42,973 bases of DNA, from contig CAZVGK010000029.1 in NCBI GenBank assembly GCA_964626665.1, forward strand, positions 1-42,973, given 5' to 3'. The position numbers were made by a program, and so were the translations under genes. The stretch is from an uncultured Gemmatimonadota bacterium (lineage in GTDB: Bacteria; SM23-81; DAOVCL01). This document shows, in pieces, positions 28,338 through 37,529 of this stretch. Below the pieces are notes generated by a model that saw only the letters and a list, made by a program, of their open reading frames with translations, had not been told where the DNA came from and did not search any database. The first letter of the stretch is position 1. The number at the start of each line of letters is the position of its first letter.

Positions 28338-28353
28338 AGCAAAATTTGTGCCA
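28338..28353 (-). promoter_or_regulatory. Sigma54 -24/-12 promoter
   Basis: TGGCACAAATTTTGCT (GG-N10-GC) on minus strand upstream of the giant-protein operon. Confidence 0.72.
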
Positions 28354-28413
28354 GTTTTATTCAAAAAGACCCTTTTGTTCCCTAAAATATCCAAAGATGT
28401 TGGGATACTAAGG

Positions 28414-28837
28414 GGTGGCAGTGGCAGAACAGGGGTTCTCCACCTCGCTTTTGGAGTGATCCCGGGACGGAAGGGGTTAGGGAGATGGGTAAAAGGGAAC
28501 AGATACCTGTGCTAAAGCCCCGAAGAGGTTACCCCAGCTAAAGCTGGGTAGAAGAATATAGAATGTTTAGCTAAAGCTGAGCAGAAAAAGGGTGGCAGAA
28601 TCGGGGTTCTGCCACCTCGCTTTTGACGGATGAGAGTATGTAGGGGTCGCATTTATGCGACCCAGACCTTGCGGGCTTGATAAATCAAGCCCCTACAAGG
28701 ATCAAAGAAGAAGGAAGACAGTAAGATTCAGTGCCTGAGAAAAAGGATGGATAGACCTCAGGAACTATCCCTACTCCAGGTATTGAAAGAGGCATTACGA
28801 TCTGATGAGGGTGGCAGAATCGGGGTTCTGCCACCTC
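28414..28837. repeat. REP cluster: three type A hairpins, a TAAAG-loop hairpin and a GTAG doublet
   Basis: Type A at 28421-28446 (degenerate), 28591-28618, 28810-28837; cccagctaaagctggg; GTAG pair 28640-28696. Confidence 0.85.
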
Positions 28838-28900
28838 AATTCTAAGAAGGGGAACTTTGGTTGTTGCAGATTCGAAGCTAATTCCAGAGCCGTCGCTCAT

Positions 28901-28935
28901 AAAAAAGGGGGAGAAGATTTTAATCTTCTCCCCCT
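28901..28935 (-). terminator. Rho-independent terminator of PEP-CTERM gene 28966-29703
   Basis: gggggagaagatt/aatcttctccccc stem followed by T run on minus strand. Confidence 0.85.
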
Positions 28936-28965
28936 ATAATGGGCAAATACCTCTATGAACAGAGC

Positions 28966-29703
28966 TTACTTCTTCTTCTTCCCCCAGCGGCGAGTCCGGC
29001 GGAGAAAGCCAAGACCTAAGAGGCCGGAGCCCATTAGGATTAGGGTGCTCGGCTCAGGAACTGGAGCTACGCCATACAGATCCCCCGCATCATTCCCGCA
29101 TTCCATAGTCCAGTGAATATGATATGGGCCAAGCTCATTATTAAGCTGAGATCTGGCGATTTTGGCCTCAATAGAATACCGTCCATCGAAATCACCGTAG
29201 TGGAATCCGTCTATGCCATTGGAATTATCACTTGAAAGGACCCTCCAGGGATTTGATACTCCTCCCCAATAGATAGAAGTGTTCTCCCAGCCAATATTGC
29301 TAGAGTGCAAGTCCCCATTATTGTCAATGTCTATTCCATAATCATAATTCCCATCATTACCGAAATCAATGGCGATGTCACCAGGGTCATATCCCTGTAA
29401 ACCACTAATAGGGAAGCCTGTCACGATGGCAAAATAGGCGTAGGAATTATCGAGGCCGTAATAAACCGCTTCCACATCGAAGTTTTGGCCACCGTAACCA
29501 GGGCCAACTTGGTCATTTGCAGGGTTGCCATTCCAGTCCTCAACATAATAGTTAACATAGTCAAGCCCTTTAGCATTGGCATCTACATCCCAGTTGCCAT
29601 AGCTAACTCCCCAACTGGTTAGAAATGATGTCGCCTGGAGAGATATTGCTCCTAACGAGATCAACCCTATGGTTATCAACAAAGTTAAGATTGTCCTTTT
29701 CAT
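28966..29703 (-). CDS. PEP-CTERM sorting-domain protein
   Basis: Signal peptide; HWTMECGND; VPEPSTLILMGSGLLGLGFLRR plus basic tail; GGAGG RBS. Confidence 0.93.
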   Translation of the reverse strand: MKRTILTLLITIGLISLGAISLQATSFLTSWGVSYGNWDVDANAKGLDYVNYYVEDWNGNPANDQVGPGYGGQNFDVEAVYYGLDNSYAYFAIVTGFPISGLQGYDPGDIAIDFGNDGNYDYGIDIDNNGDLHSSNIGWENTSIYWGGVSNPWRVLSSDNSNGIDGFHYGDFDGRYSIEAKIARSQLNNELGPYHIHWTMECGNDAGDLYGVAPVPEPSTLILMGSGLLGLGFLRRTRRWGKKKK

Positions 29704-29754
29704 TGTCTTGCCTCCTTAACTTTTTAATTAAATGAGTATCTATCCCTTTACATG

Positions 29755-29770
29755 TGCAAAACCTATGCCA
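29755..29770 (-). promoter_or_regulatory. Sigma54 -24/-12 promoter
   Basis: TGGCATAGGTTTTGCA on minus strand. Confidence 0.78.
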
Positions 29771-29862
29771 AAAGAACAATAAAACCAAATTAAGGTAACC
29801 CATTTAAATTACAGGCAGTTACTAATAAGAAATTTTTCGTTCTGCTGTAGAGAAAATGAAAC

Positions 29863-29945
29863 TGTCAAAGAAAGCTACATTAAATCTAATTTTCAACTTT
29901 AAGTTTATGATTTTATTGAAGTTAAGAGTGTAACGAGCTATAACA
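29863..29945. promoter_or_regulatory. Two TGT-N11-ACA enhancer boxes (putative PrsR sites)
   Basis: tgtcaaagaaagctaca (29863-29879) and tgtaacgagctataaca (29929-29945). Confidence 0.65.
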
Positions 29946-29985
29946 AACTATACGAACATTTCTTAACTACTTTGTAATTTACCTA

Positions 29986-30015
29986 ACAAAAAAGGGGCTG
30001 ATAGCCCCTTTTTGT
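29986..30015. terminator. Rho-independent (bidirectional-type) terminator of gene 30038-30709
   Basis: aaaaaaggggct-gat-agcccctttttg. Confidence 0.8.
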
Positions 30016-30037
30016 CCTTACAAACTATGTTTTCCCT

Positions 30038-30709
30038 TTACTTTTTCTTCCTGCGGAATCTGCCGTAAGCGCCCAGACCGATGAGGCCTGTTCCCAGCAA
30101 GAAGAGTGTACTTGGTTCAGGAACGGGGGTTAGAGCAACCGACACATAGGCAGCATCATCGCCACCTTGCACAAAATTGTTATCCGTCCAGATCCACTCA
30201 GCATCGCCAGCTATTCCGGAAATTGGTCCCCCATTGTTATTCCACCAGATTGGATTCCCTTCTGTGCCGGTATTGTTTGCATAGAAAGTTGGAGTATCCA
30301 AATAAGGGAGGTGACTACTTATCCACCAGTAATCCTCATCGCCGCTAAGAATTTGATTCGTCCCTGTTTCAGCGAAATGCGCACCTGGCCTATCCAGTGT
30401 GATCTGGGCCAAAAAACCAGCCGGATTAGTAGGAGAATTGTTGCCTACATTGGTTACATAAAAACTGATATAGTTCGTCTCCAACCAATCAAGTGTAATG
30501 GTATAGGTATCGGTATTTTGCCAGTTGTTATAATTGGATTCAAGAGGGACAATCTGAGTTCTCGTACTAGGGCGATAAACATTGATGTTAAAGATATTAT
30601 CTGCTGTAACCACCAAAGTGGCTGTGACCGAAGTCAAGGCCAGACTGATACTTGCTGATCCGAGGATCAACAATGAAATAGCGATTAAGGTAACTATTAG
30701 CTTTTTCAT
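30038..30709 (-). CDS. PEP-CTERM sorting-domain protein, possibly lectin-like beta-sandwich
   Basis: Signal peptide; TADN...NPAGFLA...AEWIW; VPEPSTLFLLGTGLIGLGAYGRFRRKKK. Confidence 0.93.
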   Translation of the reverse strand: MKKLIVTLIAISLLILGSASISLALTSVTATLVVTADNIFNINVYRPSTRTQIVPLESNYNNWQNTDTYTITLDWLETNYISFYVTNVGNNSPTNPAGFLAQITLDRPGAHFAETGTNQILSGDEDYWWISSHLPYLDTPTFYANNTGTEGNPIWWNNNGGPISGIAGDAEWIWTDNNFVQGGDDAAYVSVALTPVPEPSTLFLLGTGLIGLGAYGRFRRKKK

Positions 30710-30769
30710 TAGGTTTCCCTTTCTTCATTAAAGATTAAAATTCCTATACTATTTTTAATTATTTATATA

Positions 30770-30785
30770 CGCAAAAATCGTGCCA
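30770..30785 (-). promoter_or_regulatory. Sigma54 -24/-12 promoter
   Basis: TGGCACGATTTTTGCG on minus strand, near consensus. Confidence 0.85.
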
Positions 30786-30892
30786 ATTTGAAAATTTGGA
30801 TATCTCACTCCCCTATCTATTTGAAGTATAAGGGATAACAAGGGAAAATTTTTTCAGCCTGTTCTTTTCACAAAGCCTAAAATCTTTAAAAA

Positions 30893-30976
30893 TGTATATT
30901 TACCCGACGATTTGCGGATGAAAAAAATTTAACCTGTTGTTAATCAACGGATTTATGAATGTAAATTTACTTTACA
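30893..30976. promoter_or_regulatory. Two TGT-N11-AC(A/G) enhancer boxes (putative PrsR sites)
   Basis: tgtatatttacccgacg (30893-30909) and tgtaaatttactttaca (30960-30976). Confidence 0.65.
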
Positions 30977-30986
30977 ACAAACCCCT

Positions 30987-31466
30987 TTAACCTAACAGCA
31001 GATAGGTGTTAATGAATTTGAGGAGATTCTCCTTGCCATTTCCTGCCTCTGGGTAGGAGGTGACCATTGCCTTTATCTGGCCATCACTCTCAGGTACCTC
31101 CGATGACAGGAGGGGGAAGAGACCCTCCCTAATCGTGGAGGCTAGGTGTTCTGCCCCCTCCTTAGGGGTGCCGGTCAACATCAAAGCCAATCTACCTTGC
31201 CCCAGAGGGCAGATGGAATCCGTCTCCCTGATGCTTCCCTTTATCCTTTTTCCCATCTCCATAGTCACCTCCACCCTTCCCCTTGGGGATAATGATCGTT
31301 TCCTCATCAAAGGGGAAAAGTCGATGATGAGCAGGGATAGATACTCACAGTATCTTTCTGACCTCTTTATCTCCTGACCCAAGAGCCTTCGGAATTCAGG
31401 AAGGGAAAGAAGGGAGAAGTCAGGGGCCGAGGCCTGGTTATTTGCAGAACCAATTATCCTTTCCAT
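30987..31466 (-). CDS. Stand-alone degenerate GGDEF protein
   Basis: EIKRSERY..YLSLLIID, RxxD (RETD), active site replaced by GQGRL; start ATG 31466 with GAGG RBS. Confidence 0.75.
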   Translation of the reverse strand: MERIIGSANNQASAPDFSLLSLPEFRRLLGQEIKRSERYCEYLSLLIIDFSPLMRKRSLSPRGRVEVTMEMGKRIKGSIRETDSICPLGQGRLALMLTGTPKEGAEHLASTIREGLFPLLSSEVPESDGQIKAMVTSYPEAGNGKENLLKFINTYLLLG

Positions 31467-31492
31467 ACTACCCTCAATTAGTAACAATTTAC

Positions 31493-31790
31493 CACGGAAT
31501 TTCGCAGCGCGGCAAAGCCGCAAGCAAATAATTCACCGCAAAGTCGCAAAGGACGCAAAGTTTAAAGATTATTAGCGTAAAAATTGAATCACTGAGGTGG
31601 CAGAACCCCGATTCTGCCACCACCTCCTGGCCGTCAGATTCGGGGATCTGACGGCTCAGAGTGGGCTATTAGCAATGAACAATTGGCAAGTTAAAATGAG
31701 ATAAAAGAGAAGATGCCATTTTCCATTGATAATTGTTCATTGATCATTGACCATTTTTGGGTCGGTCCGTGGTTATCAGTGGTGAATGAT
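31493..31790. repeat. Composite repeat cluster between prsR and GGDEF gene
   Basis: ggcaaagccgcaagcaaa arm (31511); ccgcaaagtcgcaaaggacgcaaag; type A 31594-31621 plus type B 31630-31657; 12-bp inverted repeat 31673-31684/31731-31742. Confidence 0.8.
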
Positions 31791-31794
31791 TGTC

Positions 31795-33174
31795 TCAAGT
31801 ATTGCCTCGTTTATGGGGTTTACCTTTCTTCTCTATCCCATATTTGGCCATTAGGTCGTAGAGAGAGGGACGGCTAATCTCCAACTCCACTGCTGCCTTG
31901 GAGATGTTCCACCGGTTAACCGCCAGGGCCTCCTTAACGAACTCCTCCTCTACCTTTTCCTTTGCCTCCCTTAAGGAGATTTCTCCCAACCTCGGCCTTG
32001 CCCTGAGATCCAGATCCGGAGATTGAATCACATTCCCATCAGCCATTATGATCGCCCTCTTTACCTTGTTTTCCAATTCCCGCACATTCCCCGGCCAGGG
32101 ATATTCCATCATTGCCCTTATTGCCTCTGGGCTGAACCCCCTGATCTTCTTCCCGTAATCCTGGCTGAATTTGGAGAGGAAGGATTTAGCCAAGAGGATA
32201 ATGTCATCCCCTCTTTCCCGCAGAGGGGGGAGGGAGACCGATATTACCCCCAACCTGTAATAGAGGTCCTGGCGAAAGTTGCCCTTGTCCATCTCCTCCT
32301 CTAAATTCTTATTAGAAGCGGCGATTACCCTTACATCCAACTGAATGGGGACATTTCCTCCCACCCTCTCTATCTCCCTCTCCTGCAGAACCCTGAGGAG
32401 CTTCACCTGGAGGTTGGGACTGAGTTCCCCGATCTCGTCCAAGAAGACCGTTCCCCCATTGGCTATCTCGAATTTGCCCTTTCTCTGGGCGTGGGCTCCA
32501 GTGAAGGAGCCTTTTTCGTGGCCGAAGAGCTCGCTTTCCAAGAGGTTCTCCGGTATGGCCCCACAGTTGATGGTGATAAATGGTTTCCCCTGGCGGAGGC
32601 TACGATAATGGATGGCCCTGGCCACCAGCTCCTTCCCGGTGCCGCTCTCTCCATAAATAAGGGCAGTGGCATCGGTAGCCGATATCCTTTTGATCACCTC
32701 ATAAACATCGAGCATCTGGGGACAGCTTCCGATCAGGTCTTCAAACCTCTTCTCCTCCTCTAAGCGATGGAAAAGGGCCTCATTCTCCCTCTCCAACTTC
32801 TGCACATAGAGGGCTCTTTTGATAATTACCTTTAGATCATCTATGTCTATGGGCTTTTGAAAATAGTCGTGAGCCCCTAACTCAATTGCCTTTAGGGCCA
32901 ATTCCCTTCCCTCCTGTCCCGTGATCATTATCACCTTTAACTTGGGATCGGACTTCACCATCTGCTTGAGAAGCTCCATTCCCTCTTCATCCCCTGCGGA
33001 GGGAGAAAGGGCTATATCCAAAAGGACCAGATCTGGCTCCTGCGCGGTGACCTGCTCCATTGCCTCAGAGGGATGGGAGGCCAACAGAACCTCATAATCT
33101 TCAGAGAGGGCCCATTTTAATTGTTCTCTGATCCCCGCATCGTCATCGACTACCAGGAGAAGGTCCTTAGCCAT
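31795..33174 (-). CDS. prsR: PEP-CTERM-box sigma54-dependent response regulator
   Basis: Receiver (VDDD, LLD), [31 protein letters not shown], Fis [13 protein letters not shown]; next to PrsK-like kinase and PEP-CTERM genes. Confidence 0.85.
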   Translation of the reverse strand: MAKDLLLVVDDDAGIREQLKWALSEDYEVLLASHPSEAMEQVTAQEPDLVLLDIALSPSAGDEEGMELLKQMVKSDPKLKVIMITGQEGRELALKAIELGAHDYFQKPIDIDDLKVIIKRALYVQKLERENEALFHRLEEEKRFEDLIGSCPQMLDVYEVIKRISATDATALIYGESGTGKELVARAIHYRSLRQGKPFITINCGAIPENLLESELFGHEKGSFTGAHAQRKGKFEIANGGTVFLDEIGELSPNLQVKLLRVLQEREIERVGGNVPIQLDVRVIAASNKNLEEEMDKGNFRQDLYYRLGVISVSLPPLRERGDDIILLAKSFLSKFSQDYGKKIRGFSPEAIRAMMEYPWPGNVRELENKVKRAIIMADGNVIQSPDLDLRARPRLGEISLREAKEKVEEEFVKEALAVNRWNISKAAVELEISRPSLYDLMAKYGIEKKGKPHKRGNT

Positions 33175-35254
33175 TTTTCCCCTCCCAAATACCCAGCTTA
33201 AGGGTAAATGTTGTTCCCTCTCCCTCCTTGCTCGCTACCTCGATTCTGCCCCCGTGGGCCTCCACAATCTCCTTGCTCTGGTAGAGGCCTAATCCCAACC
33301 CCTTTGCTTTGCTGGTTTGGAATGGCTTAAAGAGGGAGTTCCTGATAAAGCCCTTGCTCATCCCTACTCCGGTGTCGGAGACCCGCAACTCCGCCCTTCC
33401 TTCCTGGGGTACCTTTGCTGTGGAAAGCTTTAACCTCCCCCCTTGGGGCATTGCCTCTATTCCGTTGAGCACCAAATTTAAGACGACCTTTTCCAGCAGA
33501 TCGGGGTTGCCTTTGACCAAGGGGATGCCATTGAGATGTTTTTCCACCTCTATCCCCTTCCTTTCCTCTAATTTAAGCTTGGACAATATTCCCTCTACCA
33601 GGGAGTTTAAATCAACAGGCCCCTGGCTTATCTTCCCCTCTTGTGAGACAGTTTTCAGCTTGCCCATAAGGGAGTTCATCTTCTCTACGGCCTGGGTCAC
33701 TGTCCTGAGCATACTCTGCTGAAAATCAGGGTCCTGGAGGTGGAGGTGGGCATTCCTCACTAAAAGGGAGAGGGTAGAGACGGAGTTCTTCAAATCGTGG
33801 ATGATAAAGGAGGAGAGCTTATGGAATGACTCCAGTTGCTTGGTGGCTACCAAGCTCTGGTTTAGCCGGGCATTGAGGATGGCCATTGCGGAGTGGTCGC
33901 CAATGGTCTCCAATATCTCCATATCCTCCCGGGAGTACCCTCCTTTCTTCTCCCCTAAGCTCAGGAGGGCCACCAACTCCCTCTTGCTGATTAGGGGAAC
34001 GAGGAGAGCTGTCCCCAACCCCTGCAGGTTTTCCCGCACATCCTTATATGGATCTTCTATTTGCCTGAGGTTAACCGGTTTCCCGTATCTCCATATCCAA
34101 TCTAAAAATGTGCTCTCTTGCGGTATTTTAGCCTCCTCTTGCCTTAGATTCATCCCCCAAAAGAGCACGAAATCCCCCTCCCTCTGGGGCAGGAGGACGG
34201 CCATCTCCCTTACATCAATAAGCTGAGAGATGGTTTTTCCTATCACCCCTACCAGCTTATTCAAGTCGATGATCGATGACAGCTCCTGACTGAACCTGCT
34301 CCACTCCCGGCGATAGTCATACCTTCCCCGGTAGAAGTTGCGATCCACAAACCCCCTTATCCTCTCCTTCAAGGAGCTGGAGAGGAGAAGGAAAATGAGG
34401 GCAGCGATGAAGGCAAAGGAGGCCAAGATGGAGGTATATATCTTTACACTCCCCCCTAAAGAGTCTACCAGCTTCCCCACAATTCCCGCCCCCACCAGGT
34501 AGAGGCCAACGATAAAGAGCAAAGCGGAGGAGTAGACAAACTGCCTTCCCACATAGATCTTGGCTTGCAAGGCTTTTCGCCGTAAAGAAAAATAGAGAAA
34601 TCCCAAGCCGTTCAGGAGGACCAGGAGGGAGGTGATCAGCAGCGAACCGAGGCTAAGTCGGGAATAGAGCAACATCTCTGAGGAGGACCAGACCAGGAAG
34701 AGGAAACCCATCATCAAGGTTATGAGGGGGAAGGCCATCTTCCCCTGGGAGTCCGGGGTGAGGGATCTGAAGGTATTCTCTAAATTGACCAGGATGACCA
34801 CAGAGGAGAGGAGCAGGAAGATAAGAAAGGATTTGCCTATTCCCCCGAAAAGAAAGAAGAACCCTCCCCCTGGGGTGTAGACCAAGGAGAGAAACCTTTC
34901 CGAGAGGGAGAAGGTTAGGAAGAAGCCACCGGCCAAATAGAGCAGAACTAAATACCAACCCCATCTCCTCAGATATTGGCCATAGTCCTTGCGGGCGAAG
35001 CTAAAGGAGAAGAGGGTCCAACTACCCGGCAGAAAACAGAGGCCTAAAAGGGAGAGCCGAGAGAAGAGGAGCATCTCCCGCGGTTGCGCGGAAGAGGAGA
35101 GCAGGGCTGAACTTAGCTCGATCCAGAATACGGAGAGGGACCCCAGGAGGAAGGACCGACCTAAGGCACCCTTGGGCCCTTTGAGCCAGACCAGTAGCCC
35201 AACCCCGAGGGCAACTAAGCCGGCAAGCAGTGAGCAGAGGGAATAGAGGTTCAT
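33167..35254 (-). CDS. prsK: PEP-CTERM system histidine kinase
   Basis: Multi-TM N-terminus, [12 protein letters not shown]-box [31 protein letters not shown]. Confidence 0.9.
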   Translation of the reverse strand: MNLYSLCSLLAGLVALGVGLLVWLKGPKGALGRSFLLGSLSVFWIELSSALLSSSAQPREMLLFSRLSLLGLCFLPGSWTLFSFSFARKDYGQYLRRWGWYLVLLYLAGGFFLTFSLSERFLSLVYTPGGGFFFLFGGIGKSFLIFLLLSSVVILVNLENTFRSLTPDSQGKMAFPLITLMMGFLFLVWSSSEMLLYSRLSLGSLLITSLLVLLNGLGFLYFSLRRKALQAKIYVGRQFVYSSALLFIVGLYLVGAGIVGKLVDSLGGSVKIYTSILASFAFIAALIFLLLSSSLKERIRGFVDRNFYRGRYDYRREWSRFSQELSSIIDLNKLVGVIGKTISQLIDVREMAVLLPQREGDFVLFWGMNLRQEEAKIPQESTFLDWIWRYGKPVNLRQIEDPYKDVRENLQGLGTALLVPLISKRELVALLSLGEKKGGYSREDMEILETIGDHSAMAILNARLNQSLVATKQLESFHKLSSFIIHDLKNSVSTLSLLVRNAHLHLQDPDFQQSMLRTVTQAVEKMNSLMGKLKTVSQEGKISQGPVDLNSLVEGILSKLKLEERKGIEVEKHLNGIPLVKGNPDLLEKVVLNLVLNGIEAMPQGGRLKLSTAKVPQEGRAELRVSDTGVGMSKGFIRNSLFKPFQTSKAKGLGLGLYQSKEIVEAHGGRIEVASKEGEGTTFTLKLGIWEGKNG

Positions 35255-36699
35255 TTTAGCTTCTCCATCTTCTTTTCCACCTTCTCCTTTAAAGGATGGC
35301 GAGGGAAACGGCGGAGGAATTCTTTATAGGCCCTTAGGGCCCCTGAGTTGTCCTGAAGCTGGGATTCATAGATCATCCCCAGGACGAGCAGGCCATCGGC
35401 CACCGGTGAAGAGGGAGGGTAATCTCTCGTCAGGGCCCAGAGGGAAGAGGTGGCCTCCTTCCATCTCTTTTGATGGAGGTAACATTGGGCTATTCTCTCC
35501 TGGGCATAGGCGGCAAAAAGCGACTTAGGATATTTTTCCACCATTCCCTCATAGGTTTTCACCGCCCTCTTATACTCCTGCTCAGCCAGATTATTCATCT
35601 TCTTTTGGGAGTAGTGGTCGGCTAAATAAAGGGGAACCTGCAGGGCGGCCTGGGTGTGAGGATATTTGTCTATTACCCAGCGGTATTCATTGAGTGCCTC
35701 ATCCCATTTTCCCTCTGCCTCATAAGATGAGCCGATGCCAAATTGGGCCTGAGCGGAGGATGATAGATCCTTAGGGAAATCTTTGATCACCTTTTGGAAG
35801 CTCTCCCTGGCCTTCTCTGGTTTCCCCTTTTGCAGGTAGACCTTCCCGATGGAGAGGAGCACCTCTCCGCCCAATTGGTACTGCGGATAACCGTTCAATA
35901 TCCTCTGATAGGTTTGTAAAGCCCGCTCTGGTGAACTCAGCCTTTGGGAATAGATGTTGCCGGCGGTGAAGAGTACCTGGGGGAGAAGGGGACTCTGGGG
36001 ATGTTGCCGGACAATCTGTTCCAACGCATCCGCAGCTTTTTTCCATTCCCCTTGGTCGGCATAGGAGAGGGCGATTTGATTTTGCGCCAAAAGGGCAAGG
36101 GGGCTCTCAGGTTGGTGAGCTACTATTCCCTGATATAGCCCCCGGGCCCAACCATACTTACCCTCGGCCCTCTTCCCCAATCTCCGATATAGGCGGGGCA
36201 CTTTGAGGGGGACTGATAGAAGTTCCTTCTGTGGTTTTTCCCCAGCGGCAAGATAACTTTGCGCCAGCTTGGTATATTCTTTAATTGAGGTCTGCAGGTC
36301 CCCCATCTCCTCATAGGTCTGAGCAATGGAGAGGCCGACTAAGGCCTGGAGGTTAGGATTCCCGGTGTTCTCCTCCCACACCTGCCGATATTCAGCGATG
36401 GCCTGGAGGTAATCCTTCTGGCCTAACCACAATTGAGCTATCTTCAGCCTGGCTCTGGTGGCCAAATCCCGCAACTCCTTTCCCTGGCCCTGAAAGCCAA
36501 TCACCTTACGGTAGGCCTCTATGGTGCGGTTGTAATCATCTTTTTGGGCTAAGGCCGGATTTATCAGTATCCTTTGATAGAGCTTTCCCGCTTTAAAGAA
36601 GGCTTTCTCGGCCTTATAGCGGGGAAGAATTGAGCTTTCCCGGGAACATCCCGCCAGGAGACTAAGGGGGATAAGGATTATAAGAAATATCCTTTTCAA
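35251..36699 (-). CDS. TPR lipoprotein
   Basis: Lipobox LLAGC; tandem TPRs with YP/FP turns. Confidence 0.85.
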   Translation of the reverse strand: MKRIFLIILIPLSLLAGCSRESSILPRYKAEKAFFKAGKLYQRILINPALAQKDDYNRTIEAYRKVIGFQGQGKELRDLATRARLKIAQLWLGQKDYLQAIAEYRQVWEENTGNPNLQALVGLSIAQTYEEMGDLQTSIKEYTKLAQSYLAAGEKPQKELLSVPLKVPRLYRRLGKRAEGKYGWARGLYQGIVAHQPESPLALLAQNQIALSYADQGEWKKAADALEQIVRQHPQSPLLPQVLFTAGNIYSQRLSSPERALQTYQRILNGYPQYQLGGEVLLSIGKVYLQKGKPEKARESFQKVIKDFPKDLSSSAQAQFGIGSSYEAEGKWDEALNEYRWVIDKYPHTQAALQVPLYLADHYSQKKMNNLAEQEYKRAVKTYEGMVEKYPKSLFAAYAQERIAQCYLHQKRWKEATSSLWALTRDYPPSSPVADGLLVLGMIYESQLQDNSGALRAYKEFLRRFPRHPLKEKVEKKMEKLK

Positions 36700-37526
36700 C
36701 TTTTCTCCTTAACCAAAAGGTAAAAACCGGTGATTGGCCCTATGAGGAAGTAGTTGGTAAAGATGGTGAAACCGATATAGAAGATAAGCAACCAGCAGAT
36801 TATCTCCGGGGTAAACTTGCTCACTAAAAAGCTCCCCTTCCCCAAGACCCAGTCCAAGGGAAGGTGGAGGAGAGTGGGAATGGCCACTAAGAAGAAGGAT
36901 GAGAATGTGTTCTGGCCAAAGAGGGAGAAACTTCCCCGCAGGGCTTTTAGCAGTCCCTTCCCTTCCCAGACCACCAGGACAGAGGTGTAGGCAAAGGCTG
37001 CCCCCACAATTATCCCGAAGAGGAGGGAAAGGATGCGCAAAAACCTCCCTCCCAGTGGAGTTGTTCCGGCCAAAAGCCGGGGAAGCTCCACCACAAACCC
37101 GAGGACCAAACCAGTCTCTAAGACCCAGAGCAGAAAGAGGATGCCATAGAGGGGAAGGACTCTTCTGATACCTGTTTTTAGCTGAGGTTTCTCCCCGTTG
37201 AATCTGGTGGCAAACATCTGGGTGGCCACCCCAATCACTCCCACTCCTATTATCCCACTGAGGATGAGGTCTGCCCGATGGAACATTTCGGGCAAGATGA
37301 TCATACTCTGAGGGTAGTGGAGGGCAATGGGGCCGAAGAACCTGCGCAGAAGGGGCACCAAAATGGCCGAAAATGGGGGATAGGCAAGATAGACCAGCAT
37401 AACCAATATGGCCCCCTGCAGAATCCCATAGAGAAGAAAAGGGGTGAATAGCTTAAGGTTCTTGGCCGATTTAGCCGACTGGGTCCAAGCCCAGAAGAAA
37501 AGATTAGCTTTTTCTAAGGCGCCCAT
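36696..37526 (-). CDS. Multi-pass membrane protein of unknown function
   Basis: About 6 hydrophobic segments; translationally coupled in operon. Confidence 0.75.
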   Translation of the reverse strand: MGALEKANLFFWAWTQSAKSAKNLKLFTPFLLYGILQGAILVMLVYLAYPPFSAILVPLLRRFFGPIALHYPQSMIILPEMFHRADLILSGIIGVGVIGVATQMFATRFNGEKPQLKTGIRRVLPLYGILFLLWVLETGLVLGFVVELPRLLAGTTPLGGRFLRILSLLFGIIVGAAFAYTSVLVVWEGKGLLKALRGSFSLFGQNTFSSFFLVAIPTLLHLPLDWVLGKGSFLVSKFTPEIICWLLIFYIGFTIFTNYFLIGPITGFYLLVKEKS

Positions 37527-37529
37527 ATC

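Noticed and set aside
28414-28837. Palindromic 26-28 bp repeats as a CRISPR array
   Set aside because: Copies are dispersed, irregularly spaced (170-220 nt here), in both orientations, and no cas genes are present
36696-37526. Membrane protein as an exosortase
   Set aside because: No recognisable Cys-Arg-His catalytic pattern (e.g. ACSG...N..R)
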